NCBI RefSeq assembly: GCF_006345805.1
Contig: NC_043000.1
Span: 74,214,001 to 74,278,000, forward strand
From: Octopus sinensis
Lineage: Eukaryota
Length of the DNA: 64,000 nt
Reading direction: 5' to 3'
A program made the position numbers and the translations under genes. Below are positions 63,416-64,000 of this stretch, piece after piece. The notes beneath the pieces are model-generated. The model searched no databases and was not told the origin of the DNA. It was given only the letters and a program-made list of their open reading frames with translations. Position 1 is the first letter of the stretch; the number at the start of each line of letters is the position of its first letter.

Positions 63416-64000
63416 CCCTTTCGTTACTATATTTCTGACCAAAATATGTGTTTCAATTAATTTCTAACGTAATCATAAATTTAGTCTGGTTTCATTAAAC
63501 AACTATAACTTTTTTATTTATCAATATATTAATCTGATTTTTGGAAGATAATTTAATGAAACGTTCTCAACCAATTCTATACTATAATTTTTGTCACAAA
63601 GTGACTCTAATTGCAGGTAGATACAGGTAAATTCAACAAAATATAAAATTATTAAAATTTCTGTTCAAACATCGCTATAGAAAATAGGTTATTAGCTAAT
63701 ATTCAATTGGGTATACAACAAAATTTTACGATAGAATTTGTTATTCTGGGTAACTTTCTGATACCCATAATATTTATGGCAAAATAGTGTTAATTTCATT
63801 TAAGGTTTGGTTGGAAACCACTAACTATCCTTTCTTTCGCTTTGTTTACGTTTAGCGTAACGGTTCGTTTCCGCCGTAATGATTTCAAATAGGCTCATTC
63901 GAAAAAGTAAAAAGAAATAGTCTAAGGCTTTACTCTTCTGGGAAAGTCTGTGGCTTGGTCCAGTTTCTTCAGAAAAATCACCAAAAGAAACAGTTTTTAA
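63416..64000 (-). mobile_element. Non-autonomous piggyBac deletion derivative (runs off the window)
   Basis: Reverse complement of the right end 40585-40904 fused near 63735 to sequence matching 38762-39033. Confidence 0.9.

Noticed and set aside
60137-63427. Composite transposon bounded by two piggyBac ends
   Set aside because: The two TIRs are in direct, not inverted, orientation; one is a left end and the other belongs to a separate minus-strand copy.

Overview
This is AT-rich eukaryotic genomic DNA. The SINE and RTE families suggest a cephalopod (Octopus-like) genome, which is an inference from recalled repeat families. No prokaryotic, CRISPR, rRNA or true tRNA features are supported. 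The + strand carries the internal part of one spliced host gene, condensin II subunit CAP-G2 (NCAPG2). I can trace 12 GT-AG coding exons from 7140 to 59814 (1547 nt, about 515 codons, phases continuous). The first and last exons lie outside the window, and a probable 13th exon at 59895 is out of frame as assembled. The introns are packed with nested transposable elements: RTE LINEs with a PHD finger inside the RT, two full-structure Ty3/Gypsy elements (CsRn1-like and Mag-like), LTR remnants, CR1 and R4-like LINEs, mariner/rosa/maT DNA transposons, two piggyBac families with a MITE, a Rep-less Helitron and SINEs. The most unusual object is a 1077-bp near-perfect palindromic element (TGT...ACA ends, 4-bp TSD) inside intron 17743-32955.
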